Below, piece by piece: positions 8,209-15,668 of a DNA stretch of 32,000 nt. A model generated the notes under the pieces. It was given only the letters and a program-made list of their open reading frames with translations, made no database searches and was not told the DNA's origin. The position numbers were made by a program, and so were the translations under genes. How positions within the stretch are numbered: position 1 is the stretch's first letter; the number at the start of each line of letters is the position of its first letter. This DNA is from an uncultured Syntrophobacterales bacterium (GTDB taxonomy: Bacteria > Desulfobacterota > Binatia > UBA9968 > JAJDTQ01). The stretch spans positions 31,446 through 63,445 of the forward strand of contig CAZFIU010000023.1 of the NCBI GenBank assembly GCA_964519455.1. Direction: 5' to 3'.

Positions 8209-8361
8209 GGGGATGCCTCCTCGGGGAAGTTGCCTCTCCATGCATATTACCATCTGGCGGGTCGAGGCAACCCGACGCGGGATCGGGGGAGCCGGCGGGG
8301 CCAGAGTCGCGGGACCACCGACGCGGTTGCCCAACCGGACTTCCCTTGGTTTACTTTACGG

Positions 8362-9288
8362 ATGCGCTTGACGGTTGCAGCAGCATGGCGATGCGGGTGG
8401 TTCGCGGGGCGCTGCCTGTGCCTGGCCGCCCTCGCGGGGTCTCTCCTCCTCTCCACCGCGGACGCGGGAGAAGGCCGGCTGCAACTTTCCTACCGGGCGT
8501 ACTTCGCCGGCCTCCACGCGGCCAACCTCCAGCTCGGCGTCGAGTTCGACACCGCGTCGTATGACCCGGACGCCGCCGCGTTCGATCTCGATGCGTCGGC
8601 TTACGCCGTGCGTGTGCGCTTGAAGACCACCGGGGTGGTCAAGACGCTCACCCGCTTGAAGACCACGGCCTATTCGCACGGTGCGTTTGTTTCCGGGGAC
8701 ATCGTGCCGGTCCGGGCGGGCTACAGCAGCAAGCGGTGGCGCAAGAAGCGTCTGGTCGAGTTTGGCTTCGACGAAGGAACACCGAGGATCGTGCGCACGA
8801 AGCCGCGCCGAAAGCGCGGGAATGCGCCCGCGGTGTCCCCGGTCCAGCTCAAGGGCGCCCTCGATCCCGCCGGCGCCTTGCTTGCAGTGCTTTCCGGTCT
8901 CGACGCCGGCCATGGATGCAAGTTGCGGATTCCGGTCTTTACCGGCCGCCGTCTTTACGAACTGGTGGGTGAGCCGCACGAAAGCGGAGTCGGCCGGCTG
9001 AAGGCGAGCCGGTTCTCTCCATTTGCCGGACCCACGGTCAATTGCCGCGTCCGGCTCGAGAAGAGGGCGGGTTTCAAGCAGAAATCCGGTAACCGCCAGG
9101 ACCACGACCACACCGATGTGCAACTCCATGCGGCGCGGGTATTCGACGAAACGCCGCCGGTACCGGTCCGTTTCGCCGGCGACACCGGGTACGGCTCCTT
9201 GGTCGCTTATCTCCACAGGGCGAAGCTGGACGCGGGCGGCCTCAAGAGGGAGTTGCGTCCGCGTCCGGGGAGGAAACGCAGCCGTTAG
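8362..9288 (+). CDS. Secreted DUF3108-like protein (308 aa from ATG 8362)
   Basis: MRLTVAAAWRCGWFAGRCLCLAALAGSLLLSTADA is a signal peptide. The following beta-rich pattern (LQLSYRAYFAGLHAANLQLGVEF ... DPAGALLAV ... IPVFTGRRLYELVG ... GSLVAYL) resembles DUF3108 proteins. The family call is from memory only. Confidence 0.5.
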   Translation: MRLTVAAAWRCGWFAGRCLCLAALAGSLLLSTADAGEGRLQLSYRAYFAGLHAANLQLGVEFDTASYDPDAAAFDLDASAYAVRVRLKTTGVVKTLTRLKTTAYSHGAFVSGDIVPVRAGYSSKRWRKKRLVEFGFDEGTPRIVRTKPRRKRGNAPAVSPVQLKGALDPAGALLAVLSGLDAGHGCKLRIPVFTGRRLYELVGEPHESGVGRLKASRFSPFAGPTVNCRVRLEKRAGFKQKSGNRQDHDHTDVQLHAARVFDETPPVPVRFAGDTGYGSLVAYLHRAKLDAGGLKRELRPRPGRKRSR

Positions 9289-9306
9289 ACGATGACGCAA
9301 CGAGGG

Positions 9307-9474
9307 TCAGGGAAAGAAGCCCAGTTTCAAGAGCAAAGCCACGATGGTTGGCAGAAAGCTGAACACCGCCAGCTTCAGCACCGCGACGTCGCGTTTCACG
9401 ATGGCGATGTCCCCCTCCAGTACAGCCTTTAACTCGGCAAGGTCTTGTTTGCCGGCGAGATTCTCAGGTTGCAC
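9307..9474 (-). CDS. Small tail-anchored coiled-coil protein resembling the C-terminal half of DUF1640 proteins (55 aa from GTG 9474), possibly a fragment
   Basis: The sequence ENLAGKQDLAELKAVLEGDIAIVKRDVAVLKLAVFSFLPTIVALLLKLGFFP shows the repeated (D/E)(I/L)AxLK heptads plus a terminal TM helix seen in DUF1640. This stretch has lower GC than its surroundings. The start is uncertain and the long N-terminal part of the 127-aa track ORF looks non-coding. Confidence 0.3.
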   Translation of the reverse strand: MQPENLAGKQDLAELKAVLEGDIAIVKRDVAVLKLAVFSFLPTIVALLLKLGFFP

Positions 9475-10642
9475 GAGAACTTTAACCCTTTCGGGTTGCC
9501 TCGCAGGACTTCTGCTGCTGGCGGTCGGTGCGGGCGCCTCGGCCGCTGACCGGAATTTCTCGCAGTATCCTGGTTTCGCCGAGTACTTTGTCGCGCATCC
9601 TCCCGCACCGGCCGCCGGGCCGGCCGACCAAGCGCTGGCCCGGCGCCACGCGCCGCGTTTCCACCTGCCCGCGGGCCATGAAGGGCCCATCGACTTCTAC
9701 CGCGACTACATCGCCCACGGTTACCTGGTGACCGGCGACGGCGTCCGCATCGACGGTCCCACGCCCGCGGACCTGAACCGCTACCGCGACGACGTCCGCG
9801 CCGAGTTCACGCACGTGCCCGGCGACGGCCGGCCGCATCCCGTGGTCTACGCCGCGGTGGAGCGCACCGGCTTGTGGGCGCCGCGGCAAGATGGACAGGC
9901 GCCCGAGGAGTTCACCGTCGTCACCTACCACCTGGTCTTCCGCGTGAGCGGCCTGCCCGCGGCGCTGCCCCTGGCGTTCGCCCTCCCGCTACGGCTCGTG
10001 GCGGACCTGGACGACTGGCACCAACTCGACCACTACACCGCCGCATTCGTGGTGCTGGACGCGGCCGAGCGTCCCGTGGCCCTCACGCTGCAGCAACACA
10101 ACTACCTGCGCACCTACCTGGTGGGCGAATCGGTGGAGTTGGGAAGCGACGGACGGTTCGACATCGACGTCGCCATCCGCTCGAACGAGTTGTACCCGCA
10201 CGCGCCCGGCCGCACCGTGCGGCGGGCCGTGCGGTTTCTGAACTCCGAAGCCAGGGCCTTCATGATGGGATTCGGCGAGCGGCCGACCATGTCCGCGGAC
10301 GACGTCACCGAGCCGGACCGCAGCGTCGACTACAAGATGGAGTTCCTGCCCGGCGCCGATGCCTTCTATTCCTTCCACGGCTTCCTGGGCGAACGCCGCC
10401 GCCTCCCCGGCCGCGACGGCCCGCCCGGCGCGCGCTACAACACCCTCCCGCAACTCAAGCCGCTGCCCGCCCAGATTCTCGACGGCTATTGGCGCCACGG
10501 CAACGAAGGCGACTGGACGCGATACCGGCGAAGCCGTAAGAACGGCACCGACCGCGCCGGCTTCGCCCGTTCCCAGGTAGCGGTCTTCCACTACAACCTG
10601 GTGTGCCTGCGCCGCGGGCGGCAGGGCTGTACTCTTCAGTAG
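9449..10642 (+). CDS. Hypothetical secreted protein, no family recognised (397 aa from TTG 9449; ATG 9401/9407 also possible)
   Basis: It is a long ORF with GC3-rich codon usage and a predicted signal peptide, ...RTLTLSGCLAGLLLLAVGAGASA/ADRN. No canonical start exists between 9452 and the hydrophobic core, so the start must lie at or before 9449. Confidence 0.55.
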   Translation: MPARFSGCTRTLTLSGCLAGLLLLAVGAGASAADRNFSQYPGFAEYFVAHPPAPAAGPADQALARRHAPRFHLPAGHEGPIDFYRDYIAHGYLVTGDGVRIDGPTPADLNRYRDDVRAEFTHVPGDGRPHPVVYAAVERTGLWAPRQDGQAPEEFTVVTYHLVFRVSGLPAALPLAFALPLRLVADLDDWHQLDHYTAAFVVLDAAERPVALTLQQHNYLRTYLVGESVELGSDGRFDIDVAIRSNELYPHAPGRTVRRAVRFLNSEARAFMMGFGERPTMSADDVTEPDRSVDYKMEFLPGADAFYSFHGFLGERRRLPGRDGPPGARYNTLPQLKPLPAQILDGYWRHGNEGDWTRYRRSRKNGTDRAGFARSQVAVFHYNLVCLRRGRQGCTLQ

Positions 10643-10654
10643 GTTCAAACGGAC

Positions 10655-10816
10655 ATGGCTACCGAACGAAAGTCACTCGAGACGATTGAAGCACGGCTTG
10701 ATGACCTGGAACGGCAAGGAATCCTGATCAGGTCGGGCGAGCCCAGGCAACCCCTGAAGCCGGTCGCGCGGCGACCCGGTGCCGTCGATCGGTTTCTCGC
10801 TGAGCGTGATGAGTGA
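10655..10816 (+). CDS. Unlisted 53-aa ORF resembling short VapB-like antitoxins; no toxin partner follows
   Basis: It is below the track size cutoff. It reads MATERKSLETIEARLDDLERQGILIRSGEPRQPLKPVARRPGAVDRFLAERDE. The layout (N-terminal helix, Pro-rich linker, C-terminal ..RFLAER(D/E)E tail) recalls small antitoxins found upstream of PIN toxins. The call is weak. Confidence 0.3.
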   Translation: MATERKSLETIEARLDDLERQGILIRSGEPRQPLKPVARRPGAVDRFLAERDE

Positions 10817-10825
10817 GGCAACCGC

Positions 10826-12244
10826 CTACCCCTGAAACGCCGTCGCCACCACGAGATACAGCGTCGTTCCCAGGAGGTCGTTGAACGCGGTCACCAGCGG
10901 GCCGGCGGCGACGGCGGGGTCGCGGTTGAGCTTGTAGAAGACGATGGGCTGGACGGTGCCGACACAGGCGGCGATGGTGACGGATATGACCATGCCGATG
11001 AGCACGGCGAGGGAGAGCTGGAGGATGTCGGGAGTGCCCATGTTGATGAGGTAGCTGGCGGCGGCGGTGATCAGGCCGCAGCTTGCGCCCAGGACCAGGC
11101 CGGTGGTGGCTTCGTAGAGGATGACCGAGAAGACGCGCTGGAGCGAGAGGGTGCCCAGGGCGATGGCGCGCACCACGAGGGTCGAGGACTGGAGCCCCAC
11201 GGCGCCGGCGGTGGCGATGATGACCGGCAGGAACGCGGCCAGGAGCGCCATCTTCTCGAAGGTCTCCACGAAGACCTTGGAGATCACCAGGGCCACCACG
11301 AGCCCCAGCAGCACGGTGGTCACGACCCACGAGAAGCGTTCACCCACGCGCTTGAACACGGAGTCGCGGGCCAGGTTGATGGACTCGCTCTCGACGCCGG
11401 CGATGGCGTAGATGTCCTTGCTGGCTTCCTCCTCGATGACGTCCACCACGTCGTCGATGGTGACGCGGCCCACGAGCCGGCCCTGGTCGTCCACCACGGG
11501 AACCGTGACGAAGTCGTACTTCTTCAGGACGCGGGCGACCTCGTCCTGCGGCATCGCCACCGGAACGGAGATTACCGGCCGCTCCATGATGTTGGCGACG
11601 GATTCGTCCGGGCGCGCCAACACCAGGTTGCTGAGGGGCAGGATGCCGGTGACGCGCCGTTCGACGTTCACCACGAAGACGTCGTGGACCTCGGGCACGT
11701 CGTCCTGGGCCCGGCGGATGATCCCGATGGCCTGCTCCACGGTGGCGTACTGCGGCACCGACACGTACTCCGTCTGCATGATGCCGCCGGCGCTGTCCGG
11801 CGGGTAGTCCAGCAGGTCGCCGATTTCCTCCGCCAGCTCCGACGGCATCTCGGCCAGGACCGTGGGGGTGCGCTCTTCCGGCAGGGTCTCGATCAGGTCC
11901 GCGGCATCGTCGGTGTCCAGCTCCTCCACGAGCCCGGCCAGTTGCCGGTCCGAGAGGTCCGCCACCAGTTCGTCGCGCGCCTCCGGCGAGACGAGGCTCA
12001 GGACCGCCGAGGCGGTCTCCTGGGACAGCAGCCCGAATGCCCGTTGCCGCACCCGCGGTTCGTCGAGCTGATCCAGCAACTCCGCGATGTCGGCGGGATG
12101 GAAATCGGCCAGAAGCCGGCGCACGTCGTCGTCGCGGCCCAGCCCGGTCCACATGACGATGTTCTCGAGCGCCACTTCGCGCGGCAACGGACCCGCGGAT
12201 GCATCCACGGGCGGTTCCGGTGCTTCTGGAGTCAATTGCTGCAT
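10826..12244 (-). CDS. mgtE: Magnesium transporter MgtE
   Basis: It has the MgtE N-domain (HPADIAELLDQL), a CBS pair (IMQTEYVSVPQYATVEQAI ... VDDQGRLVGRVTIDDVVDVIEEE) and the C-terminal 5-TM MgtE channel domain (DPAVAAGPLVTAFNDLLG). Confidence 0.9.
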   Translation of the reverse strand: MQQLTPEAPEPPVDASAGPLPREVALENIVMWTGLGRDDDVRRLLADFHPADIAELLDQLDEPRVRQRAFGLLSQETASAVLSLVSPEARDELVADLSDRQLAGLVEELDTDDAADLIETLPEERTPTVLAEMPSELAEEIGDLLDYPPDSAGGIMQTEYVSVPQYATVEQAIGIIRRAQDDVPEVHDVFVVNVERRVTGILPLSNLVLARPDESVANIMERPVISVPVAMPQDEVARVLKKYDFVTVPVVDDQGRLVGRVTIDDVVDVIEEEASKDIYAIAGVESESINLARDSVFKRVGERFSWVVTTVLLGLVVALVISKVFVETFEKMALLAAFLPVIIATAGAVGLQSSTLVVRAIALGTLSLQRVFSVILYEATTGLVLGASCGLITAAASYLINMGTPDILQLSLAVLIGMVISVTIAACVGTVQPIVFYKLNRDPAVAAGPLVTAFNDLLGTTLYLVVATAFQG

Positions 12245-12288
12245 CTCGGTTCAGGGCACCGCGAACCGGCTACCGAGACCGGTCTCGC

Positions 12289-14382
12289 TCAATCTTCCAG
12301 CGCCCGGTTGGCGTCGAGCGGGGAGCCCAACACGGAATAGGTCTCTTCCTGGGAGCGCACCGGCGCTTGGCCGTTGCGGGCGATCCGCTCCGAAGTGCCG
12401 TCGGGCAGGACGTTCCACGCCTTGGTGTTGTCGCGCAGTTGCAGGGAGAGCACCTCGTCGATGGTCCTTTGCAGTCCGGGCTCCAGCACCGGGAAGGCCA
12501 CCTCGACGCGACGGTCGAGGTTTCGCTGCATCCAGTCCGCCGACGCCAGGAGATAGTCGGGGTCGCCGCCGTTGGCGAAGTGGTACACGCGGGCGTGCTC
12601 CAGGTAGCGGTCTATGATGGAGCGGACGCGGATGTTCTCGGAGAGCCCCTGCACTCCCGGACGCAGGCAGCAGATGCCGCGCACGATGAGGTCGATGGAC
12701 ACGCCCGCGCGGCTTGCCGCGTAGAGTTCGTCGATCAGGCGGGGATCCACCAGGCTGTTGAGCTTGGCGACGATGCGGCCGGGATGTCCGGCCTCGACGT
12801 GCGCCACCTCGCGCCGGATGCGGTCCACGAAAGCGTCGCGCAGGTCGGCGGGCGCCACCACGAGGTTGTTGAGCCGGCGCTGCCGGGTGTAGCCGGTAAG
12901 CAGGTTGAATACCTCGTTGACGTCCTCGCCGAAGCTGTCGCGTCCGGTGAACAGGCTGAAGTCGCTGTAGATGCTGGCGGTGCGCGCGTTGTAGTTGCCG
13001 GTTCCCAGGTGGCAGTAGCGGCGAAGCTCTCCGGCCTCACGGCGTACCACGAGACACAGTTTGCAGTGGGTCTTGAGGCCGACGATGCCGTAGACGACGT
13101 GGGCGCCCACGTTCTCCAGCGTGCGCGCCCAGGAGATGTTGGCCTCCTCGTCGAAGCGGGCCTGGAGTTCCAGCAGCACCGCCACTTCCTTGCCGGCTTC
13201 TGCCGCCTTGCCCAGCGACTGCACGATGGGCGAACTAGGGCTCACGCGGTAGAGCGTCATCTTGATGGCGAGAACGTTGGGGTCCTCCGCGGCCTCGTCC
13301 ACGAATTGGGTGACGGCGTCGAAGGAGTGATAAGGATGCTGCACCAGCACGTCCGAATGCCGGATCGTGCTCCAGATGTTCCCGCCTCCCTCGAACGCTT
13401 TCACGGGCAGCGGCGCGAACGGGCGGTCCTTGAGGTGCGGCAGGTCGAGCTTCGCGTAAAGCTCGAACAGGTCGGTAAAGGCGGTGAACCCCTTGCCCGC
13501 GTATAAGTCGTCTTGCCCGAGTTCCAACTCGTCGACGAACAGCGACAGGATGTGCTCGGGCATGTCCTCGTCGTGCTGCAGGCGTACCGCCCCGCCCATG
13601 CGCCGCTCCTTGATGCCCTGTTCGATGCTCTGGAGCAGGTCGTCGGAGCGGATCTTGGCGGTGGGCTCGTACTCCGCGTCCCGGGTCACCCTGAGCGTGT
13701 GGCAGGAAAGGATCTCGTAGCCCCGGTAGAGTTGCGGCAGGTACATCCGGAGCACTTCCTCCAGCCGGATGAACCGGTGCGCGCCGTCGTCCGAGGGAAT
13801 CTCGATGAAACGCGGGATCACGTGGGCCGGGGTGTGGACTACCGAGAGGTTGGCGTCCGGCAGCACGGAGTCGGAGTCGCTCGTCGGGTTCAGCGCGGCC
13901 ACCAGGCAAAGGCCCCGGTTCGCCAGATACGGGAACGGGTGCCCCGGGTCGATGGCCAGAGGCGTCAGCACCGGGAACACGGTGCGGTTAAAGTAGTCTT
14001 CCAGGAAGGCCTGCTGGGGCTCGGCGAGCTGCTCGCCCTGGACGATATGGACGCCTTCGTCCTCGAGGCGTGGCCGCAGCTTTTCCAGGAAGCACGCATG
14101 CTGCAAGGTGGACAGGCGGCGCGCCATCTCGGAGATGCCGTGCAGCGCCTGCGACGGGGTCAGGCCGTCGGGACCGGGCTGCGCATCGCCTTCGCGGATG
14201 CGCCGCTTCAAGCGTGCCACCCGCACCATGAAGAACTCGTCGAGGTTGGAGCTGAAGATGGCCAGGAACTTCACGCGTTCCAGCAGCGGCACCTCGTCGT
14301 TCAGTGCCTCGTCGAGCACCCGCCGGTTGAACTCCATCCACGAGAGCTCACGGTTCACGAAAAGGCTTTCTTTCTCCATCAT
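12289..14382 (-). CDS. ppk: Polyphosphate kinase 1
   Basis: 697 aa. The N-terminus FVNRELSWMEFNRRVLDEALNDEVPLLERVKFLAIFSSNLDEFFMVRV is canonical PPK1, and the PLD-like C-terminal domains are present (HCKLCLVVRRE ..., GTGNYN, RYLEHARVYHF). Confidence 0.95.
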   Translation of the reverse strand: MMEKESLFVNRELSWMEFNRRVLDEALNDEVPLLERVKFLAIFSSNLDEFFMVRVARLKRRIREGDAQPGPDGLTPSQALHGISEMARRLSTLQHACFLEKLRPRLEDEGVHIVQGEQLAEPQQAFLEDYFNRTVFPVLTPLAIDPGHPFPYLANRGLCLVAALNPTSDSDSVLPDANLSVVHTPAHVIPRFIEIPSDDGAHRFIRLEEVLRMYLPQLYRGYEILSCHTLRVTRDAEYEPTAKIRSDDLLQSIEQGIKERRMGGAVRLQHDEDMPEHILSLFVDELELGQDDLYAGKGFTAFTDLFELYAKLDLPHLKDRPFAPLPVKAFEGGGNIWSTIRHSDVLVQHPYHSFDAVTQFVDEAAEDPNVLAIKMTLYRVSPSSPIVQSLGKAAEAGKEVAVLLELQARFDEEANISWARTLENVGAHVVYGIVGLKTHCKLCLVVRREAGELRRYCHLGTGNYNARTASIYSDFSLFTGRDSFGEDVNEVFNLLTGYTRQRRLNNLVVAPADLRDAFVDRIRREVAHVEAGHPGRIVAKLNSLVDPRLIDELYAASRAGVSIDLIVRGICCLRPGVQGLSENIRVRSIIDRYLEHARVYHFANGGDPDYLLASADWMQRNLDRRVEVAFPVLEPGLQRTIDEVLSLQLRDNTKAWNVLPDGTSERIARNGQAPVRSQEETYSVLGSPLDANRALED

Positions 14383-14732
14383 GGTTCCATACCCGAAGCA
14401 GGTTACGATCGGATTAAATCTCTAGCCATCGCCACGGCGAAAACGCAAGGCATGGGAATGCACCTCTTGCCTCAGGCCATTATACATCGGCAGCAGGCCT
14501 GCCGGGCAGCACGGGGCCATGCAGGTGGCCAAGGCGGCCAAGGTGGGCAAGAAGGTGGCGGTGTTGAGAAGCAACGCTCCGCAGGTAACAGAACATCAAC
14601 AAAGACTTCGTTTTTCCGACGCAACCGCTTCATCTTGTACACACACCGACACGGTAGCCTTTTCGCTGAAAACTCCCAATCAACGAACCCGGGTTGTCTT
14701 GCCCGGGTCCGAACGACTCAGGAGGTGGCAAC

Positions 14733-15596
14733 GTGTCGAACTCGACGGAAACAGTGCCGCGGTTTTTCCGTACGGTCTGGCTGTCCGACATCCATCTCGG
14801 TTTCCGCGGCTGCAGCGCGGCTTCTCTGCTTGCATTCCTGCGTTCCGTGGAATGCGAGTTTCTCTACCTCGTCGGTGACATCATCGACATATGGTCCGTC
14901 CGCAAGCGGCCGTTCTGGCCCCAGGACCACAACAACGTTCTACGAACGATCCTCGGCAAGGCCAAGTACGGCACCAAGGTGATCTACGTCCCGGGGAATC
15001 ACGACGAGATGCTGCGCGATTACGACGGCATGGCGTTCGGCAACATCCGGATCAGCGACCGTATCGTGCACCGAAAGGCCGACGGCAAGCGGTTCCTGGT
15101 GATTCACGGCGACCAGTTCGACAGCGTGGTGCGCTCCTCCAAGGCCATCGCGCTTCTCGGCAGTCACGCGTACGACGTGCTCCTGGCCATCAATACGCGG
15201 CTCAACCTGGCACGGCGCAAGGTAGGGCTGCCCTACTGGTCGCTCGCCGGCGCCATCAAGCACAAGGTCAAGAACGCCATGCGCTACATCAGCAACTTCG
15301 AGGCGGCGGTGGCGTTTGAAGCGGCGCGCCTGGGCGTGGACGGTGTCATCTGCGGACACATCCACCGAGCCCAGATCGTTTCCCTGAACGACATCACCTA
15401 CTGCAACTGCGGAGACTGGGTGGAGAGCAACAGCGCCCTGGTGGAGCACGAGGACGGGCGGCTGGAGCTACTGGAGTGGCGGGACACTCACCGGATCGCC
15501 TTCGGAGGACAGCCGGACGAGGGTGCGTCCGTTCCGCTGCTCACCCACAACGGCGACACCCACCACAGCAACGGAGCGGCCGGAGGCCCAGCCTGA
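14733..15596 (+). CDS. Calcineurin-type metallophosphoesterase of the LpxH / PlcP (phospholipase C for lipid remodelling) clade
   Basis: GTG 14733 lies 7 nt after AGGAGG (14720..14725). All five metallophosphoesterase motifs are present: SDIHLG, LVGDIID, VPGNHDE, VIHGDQFD and CGHIHRA. The blocks W.QDHNNV and YCNCGDWVES are typical of LpxH/PlcP-like proteins. Confidence 0.75.
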   Translation: MSNSTETVPRFFRTVWLSDIHLGFRGCSAASLLAFLRSVECEFLYLVGDIIDIWSVRKRPFWPQDHNNVLRTILGKAKYGTKVIYVPGNHDEMLRDYDGMAFGNIRISDRIVHRKADGKRFLVIHGDQFDSVVRSSKAIALLGSHAYDVLLAINTRLNLARRKVGLPYWSLAGAIKHKVKNAMRYISNFEAAVAFEAARLGVDGVICGHIHRAQIVSLNDITYCNCGDWVESNSALVEHEDGRLELLEWRDTHRIAFGGQPDEGASVPLLTHNGDTHHSNGAAGGPA

Positions 15597-15668
15597 GGAT
15601 GAGCTCCGCGAGAATTCGCGCGAAAATTCTTGCCCGCGAAGCAGGGCGCGACAGGAGGAATACTACCA

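Noticed and set aside
9488-9499. Lipobox-like L-S-G-C in the secreted protein N-terminus
   Set aside because: The Cys precedes rather than follows the hydrophobic core (LAGLLLLAVGAGASA). An AxA signal-peptidase I site after the core is more plausible, so no lipoprotein call is made.
12245-12288. M-box (Mg2+) riboswitch upstream of mgtE
   Set aside because: Only 44 nt separate mgtE from ppk1, far too short for an M-box of about 160 nt, and no M-box-like conserved helices are visible.
14383-14732. Pho box, promoter or small gene (ORF 14519..14878) in the ppk1 / PlcP-like divergent spacer
   Set aside because: I looked for CTGTCAT-N4-CTGTCAT-like direct repeats. The best candidate (GCTTCAT-cttg-TACACAC around 14625..14645) matches only about half of the consensus positions. 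The 119-aa ORF has non-coding-like composition and runs into the real gene in another frame. The region is left as an unresolved regulatory spacer; only the 14687..14708 hairpin and the 10-nt palindrome GCAGGCCTGC (14493..14502) are noted.
12199-14982. + strand ORFs of 435 aa (12199..13506) and 489 aa (13513..14982)
   Set aside because: They are antisense to ppk1, whose identity is unambiguous. Their tails extend into intergenic DNA, and they have no motifs.
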